Below are positions 17,688 through 27,439 of a stretch of DNA of 64,000 bases, piece after piece. Both the position numbers and the translations under genes were made by a program. This DNA comes from an uncultured Chloroflexia bacterium. Its GTDB lineage: Bacteria; Chloroflexota; Limnocylindria; Limnocylindrales; CSP1-4. Where the stretch lies: positions 416,001 to 480,000 of the forward strand of contig CAVVCZ010000005.1 of assembly GCA_963746845.1 (NCBI GenBank), in the 5' to 3' direction. The notes below the pieces were generated by a model that saw only the letters and a program-made list of their open reading frames with translations, was not told the origin of the DNA and made no database searches. Each line of letters begins with the position of its first letter. Positions within the stretch are counted from its first letter, which is position 1.

Positions 17688-19851
17688 GGAGCCCCTCCGG
17701 GTCGTAGAACGGCGTCGCCGTGACCGCCGCCTCGCGGCCGTCGATCGACACGCGGTCCGCGAACGGCGCCCGCTTCTGCCAGCCGAGCATCAGCGCCCGC
17801 CCGAGCAGCGGCGACGTCCAGCTGCCGGTGACGTTGCCGACGACCTCGCCGTCGTCCAGCGACCGGATCGGCGTGCCCTCCGGCGGCGCATCCCCGTCCA
17901 TCGCGAACCCCATCCAGCGCCGCGTCTCGGGCAGCTCGCCGGTTCGCTCCAGCGACCCCCGCCCGATGAACGCCGGCTTGTCCATCCGGGCCGCCCAGTC
18001 CATCCCCAGCCGGCGCGGCGTCGTGTCGAGCTCGGTGTCCATCCCGACGATCACGTGACCCTTCTCCAGCCGCAGCCCGAACAGCGCCTGGAGCCCGTGG
18101 GGGCGGATCCCGAGGTCGCGACCGGCGCCCATGAGCGCCCTCCACAGGGCGACCGACCCATCGAGCGGGTGGTGGAGCTCGAAGGCCGCCTCGCCGGTGA
18201 ACGACAGCCGCATGACGTGACATGGCACGCCCGCGATCCCGGCGCGGACATGGCCGAGGAACCGCGGCACCTCCGCCAGCCCGAGGCGCCCGAGCAGCTC
18301 CCCGGCGAGCGGACCCGTGACGTTGATCGCGGCGAGGGACATCGTGCGGTCCATCACGTGGACGCGGAGGCCCCACGTCTCGACCCAGTCGCGGATCCAC
18401 ATCTCGGCGTTCGCGGCGCCGCCCGATGTGAAGGTGAGGGTGAACCGCGTGTCCCCGTCGCGGAGGATCATCCCGTCGTCCATCACGTGGCCGCGCTCGT
18501 TGAGGAGCAGGGCGTAGCGCGAGCGGCCGGGCTTGATGTCCGCGACGTGGCAGGGGTAGAGCCGCTCGAGCGCCTCGACGACGTCGGGACCGGAGACGAC
18601 GAGCTTGCCGAGCGTCGAGACGTCGCCGATCGAGACGCCCTCGCGGACCGCCCAGTACTCGGCGATCGGGTCGCCGTAGTGCCACGGCCGCCACCAGCCG
18701 CCGAACCGGTCCATCCGGGCCCCGAGCGCCAGGTGCTCGTCGTGGAGCGGCGTCCGCCGGAAGGCATCGATCGACACATCGGCGGCGGCCTCGGCGAGCG
18801 TGATCTGGCGGGCAGCCGGGCGCGCGGTGAAGGGCTCGGGAACCAGGCCGGTCCTGGCCGCGAGATACGCCCGGACGTGCGGCAGGCACGCGCCGCCCTG
18901 GCACGGTCCGAGCCCCGCCCACGACGCACGCTTCAGCAGCTCGAGATCCGTGTAGCCCGCGTCGAACGCAGCCGCCAGGTCGTCGACGGTCGTGCCCATG
19001 CAGGGACAGACGACGCCCGCGATCGGGGTGGGTGGCAGCGGATGATCGTCGGCGGCGGCACCGACGGCGCGGACCGCGTCGTCGTCCAGCATCCGGACGA
19101 GGACGTCCCGCGGCGCCCGACCGAGGTCGACGACCGCGGTGTCGCAGGGCGTCATCGTCTCGGCCCCGTCGGTCGCTCGACTGACGACCGCCGTGACGTA
19201 CCCGGAGGCATCGCCCTCGAACCGGACCAGCTCGCGTCCGACCCGGACGATGCGTCCGAGGTCGACGTCGGCCGCGATCAGCCGCTCCGCGGCCCGTGCC
19301 GTGACGATCCCCGCGAGGTCGCTGCCGGGGCAGACGGGCTGGATCTCGGCGGAGCCCGTGGCCACGACGATCTGCTCGGCCCGGGCATGGAGCATCCCGC
19401 TCGGCTCGCGGGCGACGATCGACGGGCCCGGGTAGATGGCAACGACCTCCGTTCCGTCGGCGGCATCGAGAACCAGGGCACCGCCGTCCTGCGGTGCCGC
19501 CGCCGCAGCGCCAACGACGACGAGCTCGGCCTGCGTGCGGCGCACCCGGATCTGCGCACCGAGTGGGGTCAGGGTCAGGTCGCGCCAGTCGACGACCGGC
19601 AGCGCCGGCTTGCCGACGATCGGGTGCCGGGCGACGACCGTTCCCGGCTGGGCTCCGACCTGGCACGTCCGGACATAGGCGACGCCATCGACCTCCGCGA
19701 GACAGTTGCCGCAGTCGCCTGCGAGGCACAGGCACCCGCCGTGGCCCGGCACCTCGCCCTCCCGCAGGATGGCGACCGCGACCGAGTCGCCCCGGCGGAA
19801 CTCGATCGGCCGCCCGTCGACGACGATCCGGCCGCCGACCGGCTCGGTCAC
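17674..19851 (-). CDS. Sarcosine oxidase alpha-like subunit: 2Fe-2S-like N-terminus, BFD-like Cys motif, GcvT folate-binding C-terminus
   Basis: GTGA-coupled start; CLCLAGDCGNC...RTC; VCPC...LLKR...GPCQGGAC; TARP; RTPLH, DVSTLGK, LRLEKG, PFYDP. Confidence 0.85.
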   Translation of the reverse strand: MTEPVGGRIVVDGRPIEFRRGDSVAVAILREGEVPGHGGCLCLAGDCGNCLAEVDGVAYVRTCQVGAQPGTVVARHPIVGKPALPVVDWRDLTLTPLGAQIRVRRTQAELVVVGAAAAAPQDGGALVLDAADGTEVVAIYPGPSIVAREPSGMLHARAEQIVVATGSAEIQPVCPGSDLAGIVTARAAERLIAADVDLGRIVRVGRELVRFEGDASGYVTAVVSRATDGAETMTPCDTAVVDLGRAPRDVLVRMLDDDAVRAVGAAADDHPLPPTPIAGVVCPCMGTTVDDLAAAFDAGYTDLELLKRASWAGLGPCQGGACLPHVRAYLAARTGLVPEPFTARPAARQITLAEAAADVSIDAFRRTPLHDEHLALGARMDRFGGWWRPWHYGDPIAEYWAVREGVSIGDVSTLGKLVVSGPDVVEALERLYPCHVADIKPGRSRYALLLNERGHVMDDGMILRDGDTRFTLTFTSGGAANAEMWIRDWVETWGLRVHVMDRTMSLAAINVTGPLAGELLGRLGLAEVPRFLGHVRAGIAGVPCHVMRLSFTGEAAFELHHPLDGSVALWRALMGAGRDLGIRPHGLQALFGLRLEKGHVIVGMDTELDTTPRRLGMDWAARMDKPAFIGRGSLERTGELPETRRWMGFAMDGDAPPEGTPIRSLDDGEVVGNVTGSWTSPLLGRALMLGWQKRAPFADRVSIDGREAAVTATPFYDPEGLRARA

Positions 19852-22316
19852 TGGCGCATCCGGAGACCCTGGGGGTCGAACAACGGCTCCGGCTGGAGCC
19901 GCGCCGGACGCCGCCGGCCGATGATCTCGATCTCGAACCCCTCGCCGCCCGGGCCGTCCGGGGTCGACAGCTCCGTCGGGACGTAGCCAAGCGCGATGGA
20001 CTCCTTGACGTGGTGTCCGTAGCCGCCGGACGTGATCCAGCCGACGACCCTGTCGTCGTGCCAGACCGGCTCGTCGCCGATCACATCCGCGGGATCGTCC
20101 GGCTCCGGGTCGACGACGAACGTTACGAACCGCCGCTTCGGGCCGCCGGCCGCCAGCTCCGCCTCGTGGGCGGCTCGCCCGATGAAGTCGTGATCGAGCC
20201 TGAGGTAGCGGGTGATCCCGCCTTCGGCCGGCGTGTAGATCGGGCGGTACTCGCGGAACCACGTGCCGTAGCTCTTCTCGAGCCGGAGCGACATGAGGGC
20301 TCGCATCCCGAACAGACGCAGTCCGTACCGCTCGCCCGCCGCGACGATCCGGTCGAACAGCGCGTGCTGGTGCTCGGGTGCGACCCACAGCTCGTAGCCG
20401 AGGTCGCCCGAGTAGTTGATGCGGGCGACCAGCGCCGGATGCATCCCGAGGTCGACCCGCCGGAAGGTCATGAAGGGGAAGGCCTCGGTCGAGAGATCGA
20501 GGTCCGACGCGACGGCGGCCAGCACGTCCCGCGAGCGCGGCCCCGTGACCGACAGGCCGACGAGGCCCAGCCCCAGGACGTCGAACGAGACCGAGCCATC
20601 CGCCGGCAGGTGGTGGCGGAACCAGCGCGCGTGGTGGGTCTCGGCCGGCAGCGACCCGAACAGATGGAACTCGTCCGCCTCGGACGCGCGGGCGACCGTG
20701 AACTCGCCGACGATCCGGCCCTGATCATTGAGCATCGCGGTCAGGGTGATCCGCCCCGGCGCGGGCATCCGCGCGGTGAGCAGCGAGGACAGCCACGCCT
20801 CCGCGCCCGGGCCGGTGGCACGGTACTTCGCGTAGTTCGAGATCTCGGTCATCCCGACCCGCTCGCGGACCGCGGCAACCTCCTCGGCGACGCACTCCCA
20901 CGCGTTCGACCGGCGGAACGTGACGTCCTCCTTCGGCTCGAGCCCGGCCTTCTGGAACCAGAGCGCATGCTCGAGGCCGGCGGTGGCGCCCCAGACGGCG
21001 TTCGCGGCGGTGAGCCGGTCGTGGATCGGCGTCGTCAGCAGCGGTCGGCCCGCGGGCAGCTCCTCGTTCGGGAAGGTGATCCGGAAGCGGCGGCGGTAGT
21101 TCTCCTGGACCTTCGCGTTCGTGTAGGCGAGCGTGGCGTAGTCGCCGTACCGCGCGACGTCCATCGCCCAGATATCCATCCCGGAGTCGCCGGCATCGCC
21201 CGCGGTCATCCAGGCGGCGAGCGCGAGGCCCACACCGCCGCCCTGCGAGAGGCCGGCCATGACGCCGCAGGCGACCCAGAAGCCCCGCAGCCCGCGGACC
21301 GGCCCGACGAGCGGGTTGCCGTCCGGCGAGAAGGTGAACGGCCCGTTGACGACCTTCCGGATCCCGGTCTCGCGCATCGGCGGGTAGTGCTGGAACGCGA
21401 CCGTCAGCTCGGGCGTGATCCGGTCGAGGTCCGGCCTCAGGAGCTGCGACCCGAAGTCCCACGGCGTCTCCCGCGGGGACCATGGCACGGCCGCCTGCTC
21501 GTACGTGCCGAGGAGCATCGCCCCGCCTTCCTGGCGGATGTAGATCTCGCCGGCGAAGTCGAGCGCCATCGGCATCTCCTTGCCGGTCCTGGCGACGTTC
21601 GCGGCGACCTCGGGCATGTCGACGGTGAGGAGGTACATGTGCTCCATCGCGAGGACGGGCAGCTCGATCCCGACCATCCGGCCGACCTCGCGCGCCCACA
21701 GCCCGCCGGCGTTCACGACGTGCTCGGCGTGGATCGGGTCGCCATTCTCGACGTGGACGTCCCAGGTGTCGTCGGGGCGCTGGGTCAGGGCCGTGACCAT
21801 CGTGTGCTGGCGGACCTCGGCGCCCGCGAGCTGGGCGCACTTCACGTAGGCGCGGGTGACACCGGTCGGGTCGACGTGGCCCTCGACCGGGTCGTACAGC
21901 GCCCCGACGAAGTACTGGGGGTCCATGAGCGGGAACACGTCGGCTGCTTCGCGAGGCGTGATCAGGTCCAGCTCCATCCCCAGGTAGCGGCCGCGGGCCT
22001 GGGCCATCCGCAGCCAGTCCATCCGGACCTCGGTGTCGGCGAGCATCAGGCCGCCGGGCAGGTGGATCGAGCAGTCCTGGCCGCTGGCCCGCTGGATCTC
22101 GTCGTACAGCTGGATCGTGTACTGCTGCAGGCGGGCGACGTTCGGGTCGCCGTTGAGGGTGTGCATCCCGCCCGCGGCGTGCCACGTGGAGCCCGCGGTC
22201 AGCTCACGTCGTTCGAGGAGGAGGACGTCCGTCCAGCCGGCCTTCGTCAGGTGGTACAGCACGCTGGCGCCGACCACACCACCCCCGATGACGACGACCT
22301 GGGCAGACGACTTCAC
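19848..22316 (-). CDS. Dimethylglycine dehydrogenase-like FAD-dependent oxidoreductase (GcvT family)
   Basis: VIGGGVVG, GSTWHAAG (covalent FAD His), GPFTFSPDG, LRLEKSY; GGAGG RBS. Confidence 0.92.
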   Translation of the reverse strand: MKSSAQVVVIGGGVVGASVLYHLTKAGWTDVLLLERRELTAGSTWHAAGGMHTLNGDPNVARLQQYTIQLYDEIQRASGQDCSIHLPGGLMLADTEVRMDWLRMAQARGRYLGMELDLITPREAADVFPLMDPQYFVGALYDPVEGHVDPTGVTRAYVKCAQLAGAEVRQHTMVTALTQRPDDTWDVHVENGDPIHAEHVVNAGGLWAREVGRMVGIELPVLAMEHMYLLTVDMPEVAANVARTGKEMPMALDFAGEIYIRQEGGAMLLGTYEQAAVPWSPRETPWDFGSQLLRPDLDRITPELTVAFQHYPPMRETGIRKVVNGPFTFSPDGNPLVGPVRGLRGFWVACGVMAGLSQGGGVGLALAAWMTAGDAGDSGMDIWAMDVARYGDYATLAYTNAKVQENYRRRFRITFPNEELPAGRPLLTTPIHDRLTAANAVWGATAGLEHALWFQKAGLEPKEDVTFRRSNAWECVAEEVAAVRERVGMTEISNYAKYRATGPGAEAWLSSLLTARMPAPGRITLTAMLNDQGRIVGEFTVARASEADEFHLFGSLPAETHHARWFRHHLPADGSVSFDVLGLGLVGLSVTGPRSRDVLAAVASDLDLSTEAFPFMTFRRVDLGMHPALVARINYSGDLGYELWVAPEHQHALFDRIVAAGERYGLRLFGMRALMSLRLEKSYGTWFREYRPIYTPAEGGITRYLRLDHDFIGRAAHEAELAAGGPKRRFVTFVVDPEPDDPADVIGDEPVWHDDRVVGWITSGGYGHHVKESIALGYVPTELSTPDGPGGEGFEIEIIGRRRPARLQPEPLFDPQGLRMRQ

Positions 22317-22379
22317 ACGACCCTCCGGTGCAGGACCTCCGAAGCCTACGCGAGGAGCGGGTCGGCCTGCCGTCCGGAG

Positions 22380-22466
22380 TCAGGCGGCGATCAGCGGGAT
22401 CGCGGCCGCCGTGTAGTTCAAGAAGGCGTAGCGGACGGCACTCCAGGTCGAGATCGGCGTCGTCAT
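22380..22466 (-). CDS. Possible 28-aa small protein MTTPISTWSAVRYAFLNYTAAAIPLIAA
   Basis: 27 of 28 codons end in G/C; no clear RBS. Confidence 0.4.
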   Translation of the reverse strand: MTTPISTWSAVRYAFLNYTAAAIPLIAA

Positions 22467-22617
22467 ACCGTCAAACCGGTCGAACGAGTCCGAGCGTGGT
22501 GCCCGCATCACCGGTACGCGCGAAGCGCCGACAAGCGGCGCCTCGGGGGCGTGAACTGCGGCCGGACACGCCTTCTTGCAATGGCCGCGGCGCTCCCGGC
22601 GTCGCTCCGGCCACGGC

Positions 22618-23478
22618 TCACTGGGCCCGGAAGTCGACGACGTCGATCGTCTCTTCGTGGCCCGGCGTCGACGGATCCGGGCCGACGGTGATGCGCGTCG
22701 GATACCCGAGGTCGCGGTCGAACTCGATCGCCGTGCGCCCGTTCGGGGCCTCCTGCGCCGCGCGGTCGAACAGCCCATCGACGGTGAGCGGGAGCTCCTG
22801 GAGCTGGGTCGGATCGACCCGCTTGCCGCCCGATCGAACGGACGCGACGTCCCCGTCCCGGACGGTGATCTCGTGCGACCGGCCGGTGTCGGTGCAGTCG
22901 CACGTGAACCGGATCGACAGCGTGTACGAGTCGACCCAGCGCGTGGCCCAGACCTGTCGGGCTGCCGTCACCCGGCCGAGCACGGCGTCGTCCGGTGGAT
23001 CGAGCGTCCAAGCGGTCAAGGTGAACGACATCTCGTCGTCGACCGCGTTCGCGATCGGGTCTGAATCCATCGCGAGCGGAACACCGGTCGCGGGGTCGTA
23101 GGTGATCGTGGCGCGGTCGCCGAGGATCGCCCGGTGGACGATCGCGAACAGGCCGTCCACCCCGACCGGTGCCCCGACCGGCGGCGCCGTGTTTCCGTCG
23201 ACCGCCACGCCGTCGATCCGGACCGACGGACCGTCGCCGACGACCACGTGCGACACGAGCGGGCAGAAGCACGACGGCGTGAAGGTGAACGCATACCGCG
23301 TGATGCCGGACGCCTGCCACGTCGCGAGGTTCCGATCGAACTCCGCCATGAGCGGCCCTTTCCGCGGGATCGGCGACCCGACCGGGGTCGACGGTGTCGG
23401 GACCAGCGGGCCGCACGCGGCCGCAATCACGGCGAGAACGAGACCTGCCGCCGGACCGCCGAGCGTCGTTGACCGCAT
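22618..23478 (-). CDS. Lipoprotein with two tandem DUF6174-like domains
   Basis: Lipobox IAAAC; twice W...I/V..Y.....CxC ... VDGLF ... Y/FD...G.P. Confidence 0.8.
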   Translation of the reverse strand: MRSTTLGGPAAGLVLAVIAAACGPLVPTPSTPVGSPIPRKGPLMAEFDRNLATWQASGITRYAFTFTPSCFCPLVSHVVVGDGPSVRIDGVAVDGNTAPPVGAPVGVDGLFAIVHRAILGDRATITYDPATGVPLAMDSDPIANAVDDEMSFTLTAWTLDPPDDAVLGRVTAARQVWATRWVDSYTLSIRFTCDCTDTGRSHEITVRDGDVASVRSGGKRVDPTQLQELPLTVDGLFDRAAQEAPNGRTAIEFDRDLGYPTRITVGPDPSTPGHEETIDVVDFRAQ

Positions 23479-23537
23479 CACGCCTCCCGAGGGATGTCGG
23501 GTCGGAGACGGCCGACGGTCGGCCGGAGTTCCGCGGG

Positions 23538-25103
23538 TCAGAAGTCGGTCGGGACGCCGCCCTCGGCGACGCGCCGGGCGACGAACGCGTCGAGCTCCTC
23601 GCGGATCGCCGGGTCCATCGGCGGCGGCTCGTACGCGGCGAGGAGCTCCTTCCAGAGCCGGTTGGCCTTGCCGGCGGCCTCCGGCGACCCGGCCTCCTGC
23701 CACGTCTCGTAGTTCCGCCAGTCCGACAGCATCGGCCGGTGGAACGCGGTCTTGTAGCGCGACTGCGTGTGCTGGGCGCCGAAGAAGTGACCGCCTGGCC
23801 CGACCTCCTGCATCGCCTCGAACGCCAGGCTGTCCTCGTCCATCGCGATCGGATCGAGGAACGCCTCGACCATCCCGAGCAGCTCGGCGTCGAGGATCGC
23901 CTTCTCGAAGCTCGCGTGGAGGCCGCCCTCCATCCAGCCCGACCCGTGCATCAGCATGTTGACGCCGCCCATCACGGCGCCCCAGAGCGAGAACACCGAC
24001 TCGTAGGCCGCCTGCGCGTCGACCGCGTTCGCGGCGTTCACGTTCGAGGAGCGGTAGGGCACGCCGTAGCGCCGTGCGAGCTGGCCGCCGATCATCGCCG
24101 TCCGCATGTACTCGGGCGTCCCGAACGCCGGCGCGCCGGACTGCATGTCGACGTTCGAGGTGAACCCGCCGTAGATGACGGGCGCGCCTGGCCGGACGAC
24201 CTGGGTCAGGGTGATCCCCGCGAGCGCCTCGGCGTTCTGCTCGACGAGCGCGCCGGCCAGCGTCACCGGCGCCATCGCCCCGGCGAGCGTGAATGGGGTC
24301 ATCACGATCACCTGGTTGCGGGCCGAGTACTCGAGGATCCCGTGGAGCATCGGCGTGTCGAGCCGGAGCGGCGACGACGAGTTGATGACCGTGAAGATCG
24401 ACGGCTCGCGGTCCAGAGTCGCCTCGTCGACGCCGCGGACGATGCGGGCCATCTCGAGCGCATCAAGGTTCCGCTGCCGGCCGAGGCTGTAGGCGTGGAA
24501 CGGCTTGTCGGCGAGCGTGACGACGTCGTAGATCGCGTGGAGATGGCGGACCGAGGCGTGGATGTCGATCGGCTCGACGGCGTACCCCGCGAAGAAGTGG
24601 ACGGAGTTGAGCATCTGGAACAGCCGGACGAGGTTCTGGTAATCCGCGCGGTTGCCGACCCGCCGTCCGCGATCGAGGTCCGCCACGTTCGGGGCGCTGC
24701 CGACGGTGCCGAACGCCGTCCAGGTGCCGCCCATGACGAGGTCGTGGGCGGGGTTCGGGGCGTGGAGCGTGAAGGTCGACGGCGCGGTCCGGATCCGCTC
24801 CTCGACCATCGCGGGGTCGAACCGGACGCGCTGGCTGTCGGGCCGGACGTCGGCGCCGGCGGCGCGGAGCACCTCGCGCGCGCCCTCGTCGAGGAAGTCC
24901 ATCCCGATCTCGGCGAGGACCCGGAGCGACGCGTGGTGGATGGACTCGATCTCGTCGGCGGACAGGACCTCGGTCGGGGCGTACGGGATGCGGGGCTGCT
25001 TCCACTCGCGCTGTGGCGGCAGGGTGTTCCGCTCGTGGCCGGCCCGGCCGCCCCGCCTGCGGCCGATCAGCGCCTGCCCGGCGGGGGTGTCGGCATCCGT
25101 CAT
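23538..25103 (-). CDS. Trimethylamine methyltransferase (MttB) family protein, non-pyrrolysine (glycine betaine methyltransferase-like)
   Basis: IH.ASL.VL.EIG, INSSSPL, TPFTLAGAMAPVTLAG, DMQSGAPAFGTPE, VGPGGHFF; no in-frame amber codon. Confidence 0.93.
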   Translation of the reverse strand: MTDADTPAGQALIGRRRGGRAGHERNTLPPQREWKQPRIPYAPTEVLSADEIESIHHASLRVLAEIGMDFLDEGAREVLRAAGADVRPDSQRVRFDPAMVEERIRTAPSTFTLHAPNPAHDLVMGGTWTAFGTVGSAPNVADLDRGRRVGNRADYQNLVRLFQMLNSVHFFAGYAVEPIDIHASVRHLHAIYDVVTLADKPFHAYSLGRQRNLDALEMARIVRGVDEATLDREPSIFTVINSSSPLRLDTPMLHGILEYSARNQVIVMTPFTLAGAMAPVTLAGALVEQNAEALAGITLTQVVRPGAPVIYGGFTSNVDMQSGAPAFGTPEYMRTAMIGGQLARRYGVPYRSSNVNAANAVDAQAAYESVFSLWGAVMGGVNMLMHGSGWMEGGLHASFEKAILDAELLGMVEAFLDPIAMDEDSLAFEAMQEVGPGGHFFGAQHTQSRYKTAFHRPMLSDWRNYETWQEAGSPEAAGKANRLWKELLAAYEPPPMDPAIREELDAFVARRVAEGGVPTDF

Positions 25104-25115
25104 GTGCGGCGCATC

Positions 25116-26825
25116 CTACTCGTCCTCGCCACCGAGGCCGCGGACGTAGCGGATGAGCCCGACGATCAGCAGGACGAGGATCACGAGCAGCCCGATCTGG
25201 ACCCAGGTGTACGGCATCTCCTTCGGGAGCGCGCCGCGAACCTCACCCGGAAACGCGAGGACGACATACAGCACCGCCCCGACGACGAGGACGGAGGCGC
25301 CCAGCGAGATCAGCCGGCGTCGGGCCGAACGGACCCGGCGACGGAAGCCGAACAGCGAGGTCGTGGCCTCCGTGATGACTGGCTGCTGGGCCTCGAGGAA
25401 CTCCATGAACTCGAGCGCGCGCTGGATGCGCCCGGTCGTCGCGTAGAGACGATCGAGCGTCCTGCGCGGGTCGAGGAGCGCGATCCCCTGCTGGCGGCCG
25501 AGGCGGCGGATGAACCGTCGAACCGTGGCCTGCAGGTCGTACTCGACAGCCAGCTGAAACCGGAGGGTCCCGAGCGTCACGAGCATCTTGAGATACCCGA
25601 CGATGCTGGACGACATCGTGAGCTGGTGCTCCCGGATCGTCTCGAGGATGTCCACCGCGAGCTTCGAGTACGGGTTCTCGGTCGGACGCCGCATGGGCCC
25701 GGGCGCCGAGGGTGTCGCGCGCGCACGATCGGCCACCGTCTCGTACAGGAACGCCTGGTGAATGCGGATGAGCTGTCGGCGAGCGGTGTCCGTGTCGGTC
25801 GCGGGACCCGGTGCCAGCCACCGCATCAGCTCGCGGACCGCACCCTCGACCTCGCCCCGGAAGAGCAGCCAGCTGTATCGCGTCAGGGAGCTCCGAACCG
25901 CGTCCGACAGCTCACCGACGATCCCGAAGTCGACGTAGCCGATCGCGTCGTCCTCAAGCACGAACAGGTTCGCGGGATGCAGATCGGCGTGGAAGTAGCC
26001 GAACACGTAGACCTGGTTGAGCATGTTCCAGTCGAGGTGACGGACGATCCGGTCCAGGTCATGGCCACGAGCCGCGAGGTCGTCGAGGAACGCCTGATTG
26101 CCCTCGCGCTTGGCGATCATGATCTCGATCAGCGGCATCCCCTCGATGAGCTCGGTGGTCAGCACCCGCGAGGTCGTGTAGTCGCGATGGACCCGGGCGA
26201 TCCGCTCGATCCCGTCGCCGCGGGCATTCTGGTAGAGCAGCACCGCCTGCCGCGCCTCGACCAGGTAGTCGAGCTCGTCCGCCGTCCATCGGGCGAACTC
26301 GTCGATGACCGCGCGACTCCGGGTCGCGCCGAAGACACGAGTCCAGTCGAGCAGCCAGCTCATCGAGTACATCAGGGCGATGTCGGCCGCGAGCGTCTCG
26401 CGGATGCCCGGCCGCTGGACCTTGACGGCCACCGGTTCGCCGCTGTGCAGGACCGCGCGATGCACCTGGCCGATCGAGGCCGCGGCGAACGATGTCGGGG
26501 CGAACGAGCGAAAGACGGTCTCCGGTTCGGCGCCGAGCTCGCGTCGGATGATCGCGGACACTTCGACGTACGGGAACGGCGCGACCTGGTTCAGGAGCTT
26601 GAAGAGCTCATCGCAGTACTCCGCCGGCAGGAGGTCGAAGCGGAGCGCGAGCATCTGCCCCAACTTGATCCAGGCGCCACCCAGCTGCTCGAACGCCAGG
26701 CGCAGCCGGATCGGTCGGGTGTGGGGATCGGCCCCGGGAAGATGGAGCGCCGGAGCGACGAAGAACCGGAAGAACGTCGCGAAGACGTGCCAGACCCGGC
26801 GCGGGTGCCTGAGCAGTGTCCTCAC
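25116..26825 (-). CDS. ABC1/UbiB family atypical kinase
   Basis: IKLGQ, AAASIGQVHRA, VAVKVQRP, FHADLHPAN, VDFG; two C-terminal TMs. Confidence 0.93.
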   Translation of the reverse strand: MRTLLRHPRRVWHVFATFFRFFVAPALHLPGADPHTRPIRLRLAFEQLGGAWIKLGQMLALRFDLLPAEYCDELFKLLNQVAPFPYVEVSAIIRRELGAEPETVFRSFAPTSFAAASIGQVHRAVLHSGEPVAVKVQRPGIRETLAADIALMYSMSWLLDWTRVFGATRSRAVIDEFARWTADELDYLVEARQAVLLYQNARGDGIERIARVHRDYTTSRVLTTELIEGMPLIEIMIAKREGNQAFLDDLAARGHDLDRIVRHLDWNMLNQVYVFGYFHADLHPANLFVLEDDAIGYVDFGIVGELSDAVRSSLTRYSWLLFRGEVEGAVRELMRWLAPGPATDTDTARRQLIRIHQAFLYETVADRARATPSAPGPMRRPTENPYSKLAVDILETIREHQLTMSSSIVGYLKMLVTLGTLRFQLAVEYDLQATVRRFIRRLGRQQGIALLDPRRTLDRLYATTGRIQRALEFMEFLEAQQPVITEATTSLFGFRRRVRSARRRLISLGASVLVVGAVLYVVLAFPGEVRGALPKEMPYTWVQIGLLVILVLLIVGLIRYVRGLGGEDE

Positions 26826-26931
26826 GTCGAGTCGCCCCGATCAGCTGTGTCGGGGCATCGCCCCACGGGGCGCTTCCCGATCTCGCGAAGGCTGGGGCGT
26901 TATCGGTCGCCCATCCGGCGGTCCGGGAGCG

Positions 26932-27351
26932 TCACGAGCTCTCGTCCTTCATCGACACGCGCCGCCGCCGAGGCGGAAGGGTCGTCTCCTCCTCCCACTC
27001 GCGACCGGCCCGCACGAGATCGGCGAACGTCCGGCGCGAATACCGCAGGAGGAGCGCGATCGCTCCTTCCGCGGCGAGCTGGGTCTCGCGACCGAAATGG
27101 ACGCCGAGCCGGAGCGATTCGGCCAGGCGGGCCTCGCCGTCCTCGAATGTCTCGGCGAGACGACGCTGGCGCAGCTGCCTCGCATACAGCTCGCGCTCCT
27201 CATCGTTCGGGCCCTTGACCCAGGCCTCGCGACGCTGGCGCTCGCGGGCCGCCCAGTCGTCGATCTCCGCCTCGGTCGGCTCGATGTAGACGGGCTCCTC
27301 CGCAGCGACCTCGGCCACGGAATCGGGCCCCTTGCCGGTCGGATTGCTCAT
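26932..27351 (-). CDS. Hypothetical protein
   Basis: ATG with AGGGGG upstream; charged helical sequence; co-directional with the UbiB-family gene. Confidence 0.6.
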   Translation of the reverse strand: MSNPTGKGPDSVAEVAAEEPVYIEPTEAEIDDWAARERQRREAWVKGPNDEERELYARQLRQRRLAETFEDGEARLAESLRLGVHFGRETQLAAEGAIALLLRYSRRTFADLVRAGREWEEETTLPPRRRRVSMKDESS

Positions 27352-27439
27352 GCTCAGCCGCCCCCTGGTCCTCGTCCATCGTCGGGATCCCCGAACCTCG
27401 AGTGTACGCCTCCCGAGATCCGCTCCGGACCGATGTGCG

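Noticed and set aside
22320-22617. Glycine or THF riboswitch upstream of the DMG dehydrogenase operon
   Set aside because: Conserved riboswitch cores were not recognisable by eye; needs cmscan to exclude fully
19494-22691. 1065-aa plus-strand ORF
   Set aside because: Antisense shadow of the DMG dehydrogenase; stop codons are rare at high GC; Arg/Pro-rich with no motifs
23538-25103. Pyrrolysine-containing MttB
   Set aside because: Frame is open with no internal TAG and no pyl genes are present
23394-27218. 1274-aa plus-strand ORF
   Set aside because: Shadow of the mttB and ubiB-family genes on the minus strand
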